A stretch of 64,000 bases of DNA from positions 343 to 64,342 of the forward strand of contig CAKZWF010000037.1 in the NCBI GenBank assembly GCA_937921865.1. The letters run 5' to 3'. Shown in pieces: positions 56,382 to 64,000 of this stretch. The notes beneath the pieces are model-generated. The model saw only the letters and a list, made by a program, of their open reading frames with translations. It had not been told where the DNA came from and did not search any database. A program made the position numbers and the translations under genes. This DNA comes from an uncultured Pseudomonadales bacterium (GTDB taxonomy: Bacteria; Pseudomonadota; Gammaproteobacteria; Pseudomonadales; Azotimanducaceae). Each line of letters starts with the position of its first letter. The first letter of the stretch is position 1.

Positions 56382-56969
56382 CTACAGCAGCCGGCTGTTG
56401 GAGCCGAAACTCTTTTTCAGGAAGTCCATCTGGTCACCGAGAATCCGACCGCTATTGGTCAACGCCAGGTATTCGGCGAAATTCGGCACATATGGCAGAG
56501 CCATCAGCTCCATTCGACATTCGTCCGGTGTCCGGTTGCCTTTGTGATGGTTGCAGCGTTTACAGGCAGCCACGACGTTGAACCAGCCGTCCTTGCCACC
56601 TCGCGACGCAGGCACAATATGGTCCCGGGTAAGTTCGCCATCGGGAAAAGTTCCACCGCAGTAAAGACAGGTATTGAGATCACGCCGGAACAGCGCTTCG
56701 TTAGTCAGAGGCGGGATTCCTCGACCACGGTTAACGACCTTACCGTCACAGGCAACAATGCTGTGGATTTCAATCTGGGATTGAGTACTGTCGAATCTGG
56801 AGTGACCACCACGGATTCGCAGGATTGCGTCCCCAAGCGTCCAGACCACAATTTCCCGGGCATAAAGACACACTGCTTCCTGCCAGCTGACCCAGTCAAC
56901 TGGCGCTCCGGCCACGTTCAACCGCAATATACGCGGTGCCCGATCGTATTCGGCAACAGTTGCAACCAT
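56382..56969 (-). CDS. HNH endonuclease domain protein
   Basis: CLYCGG....LTRDHIVPASRGG...WFNVVAACKRCNHHKGNRTPDE (HNH with a CxxC...CxxC zinc site). ATG at 56969 after GGAGGA. Confidence 0.85.
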   Translation of the reverse strand: MVATVAEYDRAPRILRLNVAGAPVDWVSWQEAVCLYAREIVVWTLGDAILRIRGGHSRFDSTQSQIEIHSIVACDGKVVNRGRGIPPLTNEALFRRDLNTCLYCGGTFPDGELTRDHIVPASRGGKDGWFNVVAACKRCNHHKGNRTPDECRMELMALPYVPNFAEYLALTNSGRILGDQMDFLKKSFGSNSRLL

Positions 56970-57151
56970 ACGTCTTCCTCCTACGGCGCCGGTATAATGA
57001 CCAAACACTCACCACTATTCAACGCAGTGGATCATGCCTTGCCAATGTTCCCAATACATGACGCTACCACTGATCAATCGCATTTTTCGAGGATTCGCCG
57101 CCTTATGAGGTCACACAAACCACATTTTGAAGCTTCACAGAGCGCTTCACG

Positions 57152-57976
57152 ATGAGTATTCGGAGATTTGTGGCGGTGCTGGCCATACTGGCGTTATCAG
57201 CAGGCTGTTCCGGACGCAATAACACCACTAACCCGGAAAACGAACAATGGTTCTGTCAGTCCAATGAGTTGGGTGACGGCTGGGAGTGTGTCCAGGATGC
57301 AAACCTGGCACAGGTACCGGTACCAACGCGGATGCCGCCTGAACCTGAGCCTGAACCGGTCAATCTGGATGATCCACTGGATCTTGATGCGTTGACCGGA
57401 CCGCTCCAGCGGAATCCGAACCTGCCTGCAGAGCCGATGGCTGTGCCGTTGCCGGACGCCAGCGCGCCTCAGACACCTGCACCGGGTTCACAGCCGACGC
57501 CGGCAGCTTCAGCATCAGACCCCGACAGTCCGCCAGCGGCGCCAGACTCCCAACCGGGATCGGTACCGCCACCGCCCGAGATGACCGACCGCGCAGCACC
57601 GCCGGCTGCACCGTCCTCATCACAAGTACCTAAACACATTGCTCTGGCCTATGTAACACCCGAGCCAACACCTATCCTGCAGCTACCCGCCGACTACTAC
57701 GCGTTGCAGATGCTGGCGATGAACTCGACAGAAGAGATAGAAACATACATCAATGACAATGATCTGAAAGGGATGGCGGGTGCGCGGATAGAGGACGAGG
57801 GGCAGATCTACTATGTGTTGATTGTCGGAATCTACGAGACCTTCGCTCGCGCCCAGGAGGCGTCCGAAGCGCTGCCGCCACCGCTGAACGATGTAGAAGT
57901 CTGGATTCGCCCGTTAGATTCCCTGCAGCAGGCGATCATTCGAGCCGATGACCTGTCGGGCAGTACCCGCTATTGA
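57152..57976 (+). CDS. SPOR domain lipoprotein
   Basis: Lipobox LSAGCSG, long Pro-rich linker. C-terminal SPOR-like fold YALQMLAMNSTEEIETYI...YYVLIVGIYETFARAQEA. Confidence 0.75.
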   Translation: MSIRRFVAVLAILALSAGCSGRNNTTNPENEQWFCQSNELGDGWECVQDANLAQVPVPTRMPPEPEPEPVNLDDPLDLDALTGPLQRNPNLPAEPMAVPLPDASAPQTPAPGSQPTPAASASDPDSPPAAPDSQPGSVPPPPEMTDRAAPPAAPSSSQVPKHIALAYVTPEPTPILQLPADYYALQMLAMNSTEEIETYINDNDLKGMAGARIEDEGQIYYVLIVGIYETFARAQEASEALPPPLNDVEVWIRPLDSLQQAIIRADDLSGSTRY

Positions 57977-58027
57977 AGACAACGGGTATGGGTGACAGCT
58001 ACTGCCGGAGCATCGCCTGACCTGGTT

Positions 58028-58903
58028 TCAATCCCGGATATCCAGCAGCGACTGAAGCTTCTGTCGACGCTCTTCTCCCGAGGCCATAATACGCATCCGC
58101 TCCGCCATGATGTTCTCAGTATCACCAGCCTCCCAACCGGCTGATGCGTCTCTGAGGCCGCCGTCCATCAGTACATAGGCGCCAGACATGAATTCACCGT
58201 CCGGCCCCGCCATGAAGTTAACCAGGCCAGCGATATCGGCCGGTCGGCCAACCCGCCCCACAGGCGTACGTTTCTCCAGACTGCTGCGAATAATGCCCCC
58301 TTCTTCACCCGCCAGACCCTGAGCCAGGGGTGTTTCGATCACACCGGGGCCAATCGCGTTCACGGTAATACCATATGGTCCGAGTTCCTGAGCCCAGCCT
58401 CGCACCATGATTCGCACACCCGCTTTGGTCGCCGAGTATCCCCACATGGCCATCCCGGTATTCTCGGCCGCCAGAGAAGAGATACAGATGATTCGACCGG
58501 GTTTACCGCTGTTCACCATCTGCTTTGCCGCGACCTGAACCGTGAGGAACACGCCAGTGAGATTCACATCCAGCTGATCCTGCCAGTCTTTCACTACCAT
58601 CTCGAGCACAGGCGCGGCTCGCGCGATACCCGCGTTCGCCACAGCAATATCGAGACTGCCAAGCGTGTCGACACATTCCTGGGCAGCACGCTGCATATTT
58701 GCCGCAGACGCAACATTAGCTTTCACGACGTGCGCCCGGCGACCAAGCTGGGTCACCAGATTTGCGGTCATTTCAGCACCCTCTTCATCCAGATCCAGGA
58801 TGCAGATGTCTGCTCCTTCACGTGCCAGCCGCTCGGCTGAACCACGACCAATCCCCGAGCCTGCGCCGGTGATGAAAGCTACTTTTCCCAACAATGCACT
58901 CAT
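58028..58903 (-). CDS. SDR family oxidoreductase
   Basis: ITGAGSGIGRG, NAGI, YSATKAG. Confidence 0.9.
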   Translation of the reverse strand: MSALLGKVAFITGAGSGIGRGSAERLAREGADICILDLDEEGAEMTANLVTQLGRRAHVVKANVASAANMQRAAQECVDTLGSLDIAVANAGIARAAPVLEMVVKDWQDQLDVNLTGVFLTVQVAAKQMVNSGKPGRIICISSLAAENTGMAMWGYSATKAGVRIMVRGWAQELGPYGITVNAIGPGVIETPLAQGLAGEEGGIIRSSLEKRTPVGRVGRPADIAGLVNFMAGPDGEFMSGAYVLMDGGLRDASAGWEAGDTENIMAERMRIMASGEERRQKLQSLLDIRD

Positions 58904-58930
58904 AGAATTTTCCTTACGCTGTTCCGCTGT

Positions 58931-59605
58931 TCAGGAAGCTGCCGCCAGTCCCACAGATTCTGCGAGCGGGGTGTTCGGGTCAATCACACGATAGCTGGGC
59001 CGTTGGCGCAGTCGATCCAGATAGGCGGCTGTCACGGGAAAACCGGACACATCCATCCCATCTACCTGCAACACCATCGCAACCGCCATGAATGGAACGT
59101 CAGCGAGGCTGAACGCCCCGCACAGATAACCGGTTTCAGAAAGACGGGACTCTAGAAACGGGAAAATCGCGGTCCTCAAACCTTCCCGCCCCCGCTCCAT
59201 GCTGTCCTGATCACGCTGCTCGGCTGGCGACCACCAGGGCATCCAGATCAGCGGCAGATACTGCGATAGAACCCCTTCGTCCGCATAATTTTCCAGCGCC
59301 CGGGCATGAGCGCGGGACACCACATCGCTCGGCAGCAGCGCCGGTTCCGGATAGGCGTCATTGAGATATTCGTTAATGACTGTGGAATCGAACAGTGTCA
59401 GCTCGCCATCTTCGATGAAAGGAACTTTGCCGAGAGGATGTTTCGCCAGTATCTCAGGTACTTTTTTCCAGACGTCGCCCGGGCGGACCAGTTCCACACG
59501 ATAGCCGAGTCCTTTTTCTTCCAGTACCACTTTGGTCTTACTGCCGTTTGTTGACCGCAGGGTCCCATACGGATACTCCCGCTCCATTGTATAGAGCACT
59601 ATCAT
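58931..59605 (-). CDS. Glutathione S-transferase family protein
   Basis: KHPLGKVPFIEDGELTLFDSTVINEYLND, C-terminal helical domain. ATGA overlap with the rarD stop. Confidence 0.8.
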   Translation of the reverse strand: MIVLYTMEREYPYGTLRSTNGSKTKVVLEEKGLGYRVELVRPGDVWKKVPEILAKHPLGKVPFIEDGELTLFDSTVINEYLNDAYPEPALLPSDVVSRAHARALENYADEGVLSQYLPLIWMPWWSPAEQRDQDSMERGREGLRTAIFPFLESRLSETGYLCGAFSLADVPFMAVAMVLQVDGMDVSGFPVTAAYLDRLRQRPSYRVIDPNTPLAESVGLAAAS

Positions 59606-60516
59606 GCCGCCTCTCCCCTCAGCTGGCGTAAACGGCCCTGATGATACAGCCCCTCTACAGAGAAGATAAGCAGCGCCAACCAGATACAGCTGAAGGTGAC
59701 GACTTTGCTGAACGTGAATGCTTCACCATAAACAAAGATCGCCAGTAGTGCGGTCAGCGAAGGTGCCAGATACTGGAAAAAACCCAGCACCGTAAGCGGC
59801 AGGCGCAGCGCCGCCGCAGCAAAACAGACTAAAGGCACCACGGTGACAATCCCGCCCAACGCCAGCAGCATTATTTCGGAGCTGTTCCCGACCGCAAGCG
59901 AGCCCGCTCCGGACAGCGTAAGGAAGACCAGATAAACGATCGCCAGCGGCAACATCAGGGTTGTTTCCACGGCCAGGCCAATGGTCGCATCGACGGCCAG
60001 CTTCTTTCTGACCAGCCCATAAAAGCCGAAGGTGAAAGCCAGGGTGAGGCCCGCCCAGGGCAGAACGCCAACGGTGAAAATTTCATTGCAGACTCCCAGC
60101 GACGCGATGAGCACGGCTACTTTCTGCCAGCCGCGCAGACGTTCGCCAAGAAACAGACCACCGAGCAACATGTTGACCAACGGATTTATGTAGTAGCCCA
60201 GACTGGTTTCCAGCATCCGGTCGTTATGCAGCGCCCAGACAAACACACCCCAGTTCACAGCCACCAGGGTGCCGCTGACCGCCAGCCAGCGGACCTTCGA
60301 TGCGTTCAGATGACGCAGCGCAAACAGTTGCCTGCGCGCAAGAATCAACCCGCCGAGAATCAGCACCGACCAGACAATTCGATGGGCTATGATCTCTACC
60401 GGAGTCGCATATGCGATCAGCATGAAATACACCGGGGCGATACCCCACGTGCCGTATGCCGCCAGCGCGAACCAGACCCCGGTACGCTGTTCTCTGAACT
60501 GGTCGGAGTCATCCAT
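59602..60516 (-). CDS. rarD: EamA family transporter RarD
   Basis: GVWFALAAYGTWGIAPVYF, SLGYYINPLVNMLLG..FLGERL, FGFYGLVRKK, GFFQYLAPSL are colinear with my recollection of E. coli RarD. ATG at 60516. Confidence 0.85.
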   Translation of the reverse strand: MDDSDQFREQRTGVWFALAAYGTWGIAPVYFMLIAYATPVEIIAHRIVWSVLILGGLILARRQLFALRHLNASKVRWLAVSGTLVAVNWGVFVWALHNDRMLETSLGYYINPLVNMLLGGLFLGERLRGWQKVAVLIASLGVCNEIFTVGVLPWAGLTLAFTFGFYGLVRKKLAVDATIGLAVETTLMLPLAIVYLVFLTLSGAGSLAVGNSSEIMLLALGGIVTVVPLVCFAAAALRLPLTVLGFFQYLAPSLTALLAIFVYGEAFTFSKVVTFSCIWLALLIFSVEGLYHQGRLRQLRGEAA

Positions 60517-60560
60517 ACCGTATACTGTCCGCCATTTTTTTCGAGCGCAAAAGAGGCCGT

Positions 60561-62648
60561 ATGTTACGCGCATTCATCCTGGCAACCCTAGCCTTCACCT
60601 TGAGCGCCTGCGGCAAAACTGATCGCAGTGACTGGCTGACGCTGGCGGACCGTTATGACGTCACCATCACCCGCGATAACTGGGGGGTGCCGCATATTCA
60701 CGGCCGCACCAATTCGGATACCGCATTCGGATTTGCTTACGCCCAGGCGGAAGACAACTGGGCCACCATCGAATCCAGCATGCCGTTCTATCGCGGCCAG
60801 ATGGCGCGCTATACCGGTCCCGATGCTGGCGTCACCGACTATCTCGTGAAGCTGCTGCGTATCTGGCCGACCCTGCAGACGCGCTACCAAACGGATCTGA
60901 CCGAGCAGACTCGCGAATACCTGCAGGCCTTCGCTGACGGCCTCAACTACTACGCCGCCCGCCATCCGGACCAGGTCAATTGGGAAATCGGCGCGGTCAC
61001 GCCGGAAGACATTGTCGCTGGGCATATGCTGCGGCACCTGCTGTTTTTCGGCTTCGACGGCCAGGTACGGGAACTGACAGGTCCCGAGCGAGTCCGGGAG
61101 ATCTCCCGCAACGAAGTGGCGTTCAACGGCCTGCCGGTAGGATCTAACGCCTTCGCGGTCGCCCCCCATTACAGCAGCGATGGTGCAACCCGACTGGCTA
61201 TCAATTCCCACCAGCCGACCACTGGCCCGGTCGCCTGGTATGAAGCTCACATCAGCAGCGACGAAGGTCTGGATGTGATGGGTGGGGTGTTCCCGGGTTC
61301 ACCAAGCATTACGCTGGGCTTCAATCGTAACGTCGGCTGGGCGGCGACGGTGAACCAGCCGGATCTGTTCGACGTCTATGTGCTCGAGATTAATCCCGAC
61401 AATCCCGATCAGTATCTGCTGGATGGCCAATGGCGTGACCTGGAGGTATCCAGCGTCGACATTGACGTCACCCTGTGGGGCTTTTTGCCCTGGAGCGTGT
61501 CACAACAGACCGTGTATTCCGAACATGGACCGGTGTTACGCACAGACCATGGCAGCTACGCATTCCGCTATCCGGGGATGACCGAAATCCGCCAGGTGGA
61601 ACAATGGTTCCTGATGAATCAGGCACGCTCACTCGAAGCCTGGCGTGAGGTGATGCGGATGCAGAGTTTCGCCAGCTTCAATTTCGTTGCTGCCGACAAG
61701 GACGGCCACATCATGTTTGTGCACAACTCGTTAACACCCGTACGCACACCGGGATACAACTGGCAGCAGTATCTGCCGGGAGATGATTCGCAGCTGATAT
61801 GGCAGGAAACCCTTAAGTTCGATCAATTACCGCAGGTCATCGACCCAAGCAGCGGCTGGGTGCTCAGCGCTAACCACACACCGTTCGAAGTCTCTGGAGA
61901 CGATGACAATCCGGACCCGTCAGCCTATCCAGTCACAGCTGGATTCGACGCGCGCATGTCCAATCGAGCCCTGCGGGGGCTGGAACTGATGCGCGCACTC
62001 GGGCCCATCTCCGCAGAGGAATTTTCAGCCATCAAACACGACAAGGCCTACTCGCCGAACAGCGACCCGGCGCGACATGTTCAGATTGCCCTCACGCTCG
62101 ACTATGAAAGCGACGCACGCTTGCAATCGGCCCAGCGCATCCTGGCCGAATGGGATCTGGTTACCAATATCGACAACACCAACGCTGCTCTTGGTGTGTG
62201 TCTGGTTTCGGCTCCGGCGATCCTCCGTGCTGACCCGGTAACCGAAGCGATCGTGGCCGGAGAATTTGAGCATTGCGTCGACGTGCTGGAGAGCAATTTC
62301 GGTCAGGTGGATCCACTCTGGGGTGAGGTCAATCGACACGTTCGCGGTGACGTGAACGTTGCCGTTGGTGGCGGGCCGGATACCCTGCGGGCAATCTATG
62401 GACGCGGTCTGGAAGAAGACGGCTACCTGACCAACGTGGCTGGTGACGGACTGTACTATCTGGTCAGCTGGGATGCCCAGGGCAATCAGAGTGTGCTCGG
62501 CACCCACCACTTCGGCTCGGCAACCCTCGATGAACGCTCACCCCACTATGCAGACCAGGCAGAAGCCTTTGCTCAAGAACAGCTGCGGGATCCGCTGTTT
62601 GATCCGGCAAAACTTGAGGCCAACATCGCCAGGCGTTATCAGCCTTGA
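60561..62648 (+). CDS. Penicillin acylase family (Ntn hydrolase, S45) lipoprotein
   Basis: Lipobox LSACG, WGVPHIHGRTNSDTAFGFAYAQAEDNW, putative nucleophile after the spacer GSNAFAV. Confidence 0.85.
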   Translation: MLRAFILATLAFTLSACGKTDRSDWLTLADRYDVTITRDNWGVPHIHGRTNSDTAFGFAYAQAEDNWATIESSMPFYRGQMARYTGPDAGVTDYLVKLLRIWPTLQTRYQTDLTEQTREYLQAFADGLNYYAARHPDQVNWEIGAVTPEDIVAGHMLRHLLFFGFDGQVRELTGPERVREISRNEVAFNGLPVGSNAFAVAPHYSSDGATRLAINSHQPTTGPVAWYEAHISSDEGLDVMGGVFPGSPSITLGFNRNVGWAATVNQPDLFDVYVLEINPDNPDQYLLDGQWRDLEVSSVDIDVTLWGFLPWSVSQQTVYSEHGPVLRTDHGSYAFRYPGMTEIRQVEQWFLMNQARSLEAWREVMRMQSFASFNFVAADKDGHIMFVHNSLTPVRTPGYNWQQYLPGDDSQLIWQETLKFDQLPQVIDPSSGWVLSANHTPFEVSGDDDNPDPSAYPVTAGFDARMSNRALRGLELMRALGPISAEEFSAIKHDKAYSPNSDPARHVQIALTLDYESDARLQSAQRILAEWDLVTNIDNTNAALGVCLVSAPAILRADPVTEAIVAGEFEHCVDVLESNFGQVDPLWGEVNRHVRGDVNVAVGGGPDTLRAIYGRGLEEDGYLTNVAGDGLYYLVSWDAQGNQSVLGTHHFGSATLDERSPHYADQAEAFAQEQLRDPLFDPAKLEANIARRYQP

Positions 62649-62654
62649 GTGTGA

Positions 62655-63422
62655 TCAGAAGCTGTCTTTGCGGCGGCGGGTTTCTGCAAAGACGGCAACC
62701 AGATCATCACCGGACATACCCAGTGTTTTCTGCAGATCCGGGCTATCCGGGCGCAGAAACGGGTTGGTGGCTTTTTCCAGCGCTATTGAGGTTGGCACCG
62801 TGGGGGTATTGCGCGCGCGCAGTGAGGTAATTTCCTGCGCACGCTGCTGCAGCCTTTCGTTGTCCGGCTCAACGCTCAACGCAAACGCCGCATTGGCAGC
62901 CGTGTACTCGTGTGCGCAGTAAATGATGGTTTCATCAGGCAACGCCATGAGTTTGCCCAGACTCTGCCACATCTGCTGCGGTGAGCCTTCAAACAGCCGA
63001 CCACAGCCCAGAGCAAACAGGGTGTCGCCAACAAAAGCGATGCCATCGTCGACAAAATGAAACGCGATGTGGCCACTGGTATGACCTGGGACTTCCAGCA
63101 CTGCCACAGTACTCGCACCAAACTGAAAACGCTCCGAGTCGCTCACCTGAACATCGATCCCCGGTATCCGGGCGGCGTCATTAGCCGCACCAACAACCTG
63201 ACACGACCACTGTTCTTTCAGCGCTTCATTACCCCCGGCATGGTCAAAATGATGGTGGGTATTGAAGATGTGTGTGAGCGTCCAGCCTTTCGCCTTGAGC
63301 GCTGCATTGATGGGCGCGACTTCGGGCGTATCGATGGTCGCGGTCAGGCCTGACTCAGGGTCGTGAACGAGAAACCCGTAGTTGTCGTTCAGGCAGGCAA
63401 ACATATGAACTTCCACGGTCAT
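62655..63422 (-). CDS. gloB: Hydroxyacylglutathione hydrolase (glyoxalase II)
   Basis: CLNDNYGFLV, THHHFDHAGGN, PGHTSGHI, VYCAHEYT. Confidence 0.9.
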   Translation of the reverse strand: MTVEVHMFACLNDNYGFLVHDPESGLTATIDTPEVAPINAALKAKGWTLTHIFNTHHHFDHAGGNEALKEQWSCQVVGAANDAARIPGIDVQVSDSERFQFGASTVAVLEVPGHTSGHIAFHFVDDGIAFVGDTLFALGCGRLFEGSPQQMWQSLGKLMALPDETIIYCAHEYTAANAAFALSVEPDNERLQQRAQEITSLRARNTPTVPTSIALEKATNPFLRPDSPDLQKTLGMSGDDLVAVFAETRRRKDSF

Positions 63423-63781
63423 GATCCGTTCTCCTCGAGGGGGATGAATAAACAGGTTCTGGGCTCACCGGCTACTGCCCGGCTGATGTGGCCCTGACCG
63501 GTGGTGTCTTCGGCCAGCAGGATGTCTCCGGGACCAAGCCTGCGGACTGTGCCATCACCAATCTCGATCTCGACGCTGCCCTTCAGGTTGATGACAAACT
63601 GGCGTCTTGGTGCAGTATGAAAATCCAGCGCGTAATCGCCGTCCACCTCTCGGAACATCACTCCTTTGCCCCGCCAAAGCTCGGAGATTTTTCCTGAGGC
63701 GCCATGATCGTTCAGATCTATGTCCAGATCTTCGAAGTGTGAAGCGCCATCCGCTCCGGTGAATACGCGCAATGCTTTCAT
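63419..63781 (-). CDS. Cupin domain protein
   Basis: 120 aa. Beta-rich sequence ..GSVEIEIGDGTVRRLGPGDILLAEDTTGQGH.. ATG at 63781. ATGA overlap with gloB. Confidence 0.65.
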   Translation of the reverse strand: MKALRVFTGADGASHFEDLDIDLNDHGASGKISELWRGKGVMFREVDGDYALDFHTAPRRQFVINLKGSVEIEIGDGTVRRLGPGDILLAEDTTGQGHISRAVAGEPRTCLFIPLEENGS

Positions 63782-63840
63782 ATGGGTTTCCGATGAGTCT
63801 GCGGTAGAATGCCAGCTTCCCATTTGCCCTACCAGCGCTC

Positions 63841-64000
63841 ATGAATCCGGTACTTCAGGAAATTGTTGATCTGATCAATATCGAACGGATCGAAGAAAAT
63901 CTCTTTCGCGGCCAGAATCACAACACCGAGCACGTGTTTGGCGGCCAGGTGCTTGCGCAAGCGATTGCCGCCGCCTGCCGTACCATCAGCGAGCCTCACG
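63841..64000 (+). CDS. tesB: Acyl-CoA thioesterase II, 5' fragment (runs off the window)
   Basis: MNPVLQEIVDLINIERIEENLFRGQNHNTEHVFGGQVLAQAI aligns with the E. coli TesB N-terminus (..LLNLEKIEEGLFRGQS....QVFGGQVVGQAL). Confidence 0.75.
   Translation, partial: MNPVLQEIVDLINIERIEENLFRGQNHNTEHVFGGQVLAQAIAAACRTISEPH

Noticed and set aside
1-64000. Prophage, integrative element, transposon, toxin-antitoxin pair or known defence-system signatures.
   Set aside because: I recognised no integrase, transposase, recombinase, phage structural gene, cas gene, restriction-modification gene or typical TA gene anywhere in the window. The only nuclease is the isolated HNH protein.

Overview
Dense, GC-rich (high-50s % by eye) chromosomal segment. 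Gene content and an E. coli-type LexA box point to a Gammaproteobacterium, probably marine or environmental. I support about 62 protein-coding genes and found no rRNA, tRNA, CRISPR array, transposase, integrase or phage genes. Housekeeping anchors are asnS, lipA, hisI, cysS, gloA, gloB, rarD and the 5' end of tesB. Four export systems are present: an RND pair, a MATE pump, a four-gene MacAB-like ABC exporter and a heterodimeric ABC exporter. There are many peptidases and hydrolases (M48, M24, M17, M20, tannase-like, penicillin-acylase family) and a block of CoA-ester and redox enzymes at about 25-35 kb. The left 8.5 kb looks accessory: GC is lower in places, every gene is flanked by a palindromic REP-like element, and it holds two paralogous membrane-anchored proteins of unknown function, a TetR/MBL-hydrolase pair, a tannase-like esterase, an orphan CYP153 P450 and an SDR-fold protein with both halohydrin-dehalogenase signature motifs. 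The other main observations are:
- a near-consensus SOS box in front of a small basic protein plus a DUF502 membrane protein;
- a terminator-bounded structured intergenic RNA candidate with CU-rich loops upstream of gloA;
- an RND pump followed by a rifampicin-phosphotransferase-like PEP-utilising enzyme and a tiny membrane protein;
- an in-frame 18-bp x 7.5 tandem repeat at the 5' end of lipA.
I did not find a clear-cut novel multi-gene system such as a defence island; the findings below are leads, not demonstrations. All family calls come from reading motifs by eye in the supplied translations. No database search or folding program was run, and start codons were chosen from SD-like sequences and homology expectations.
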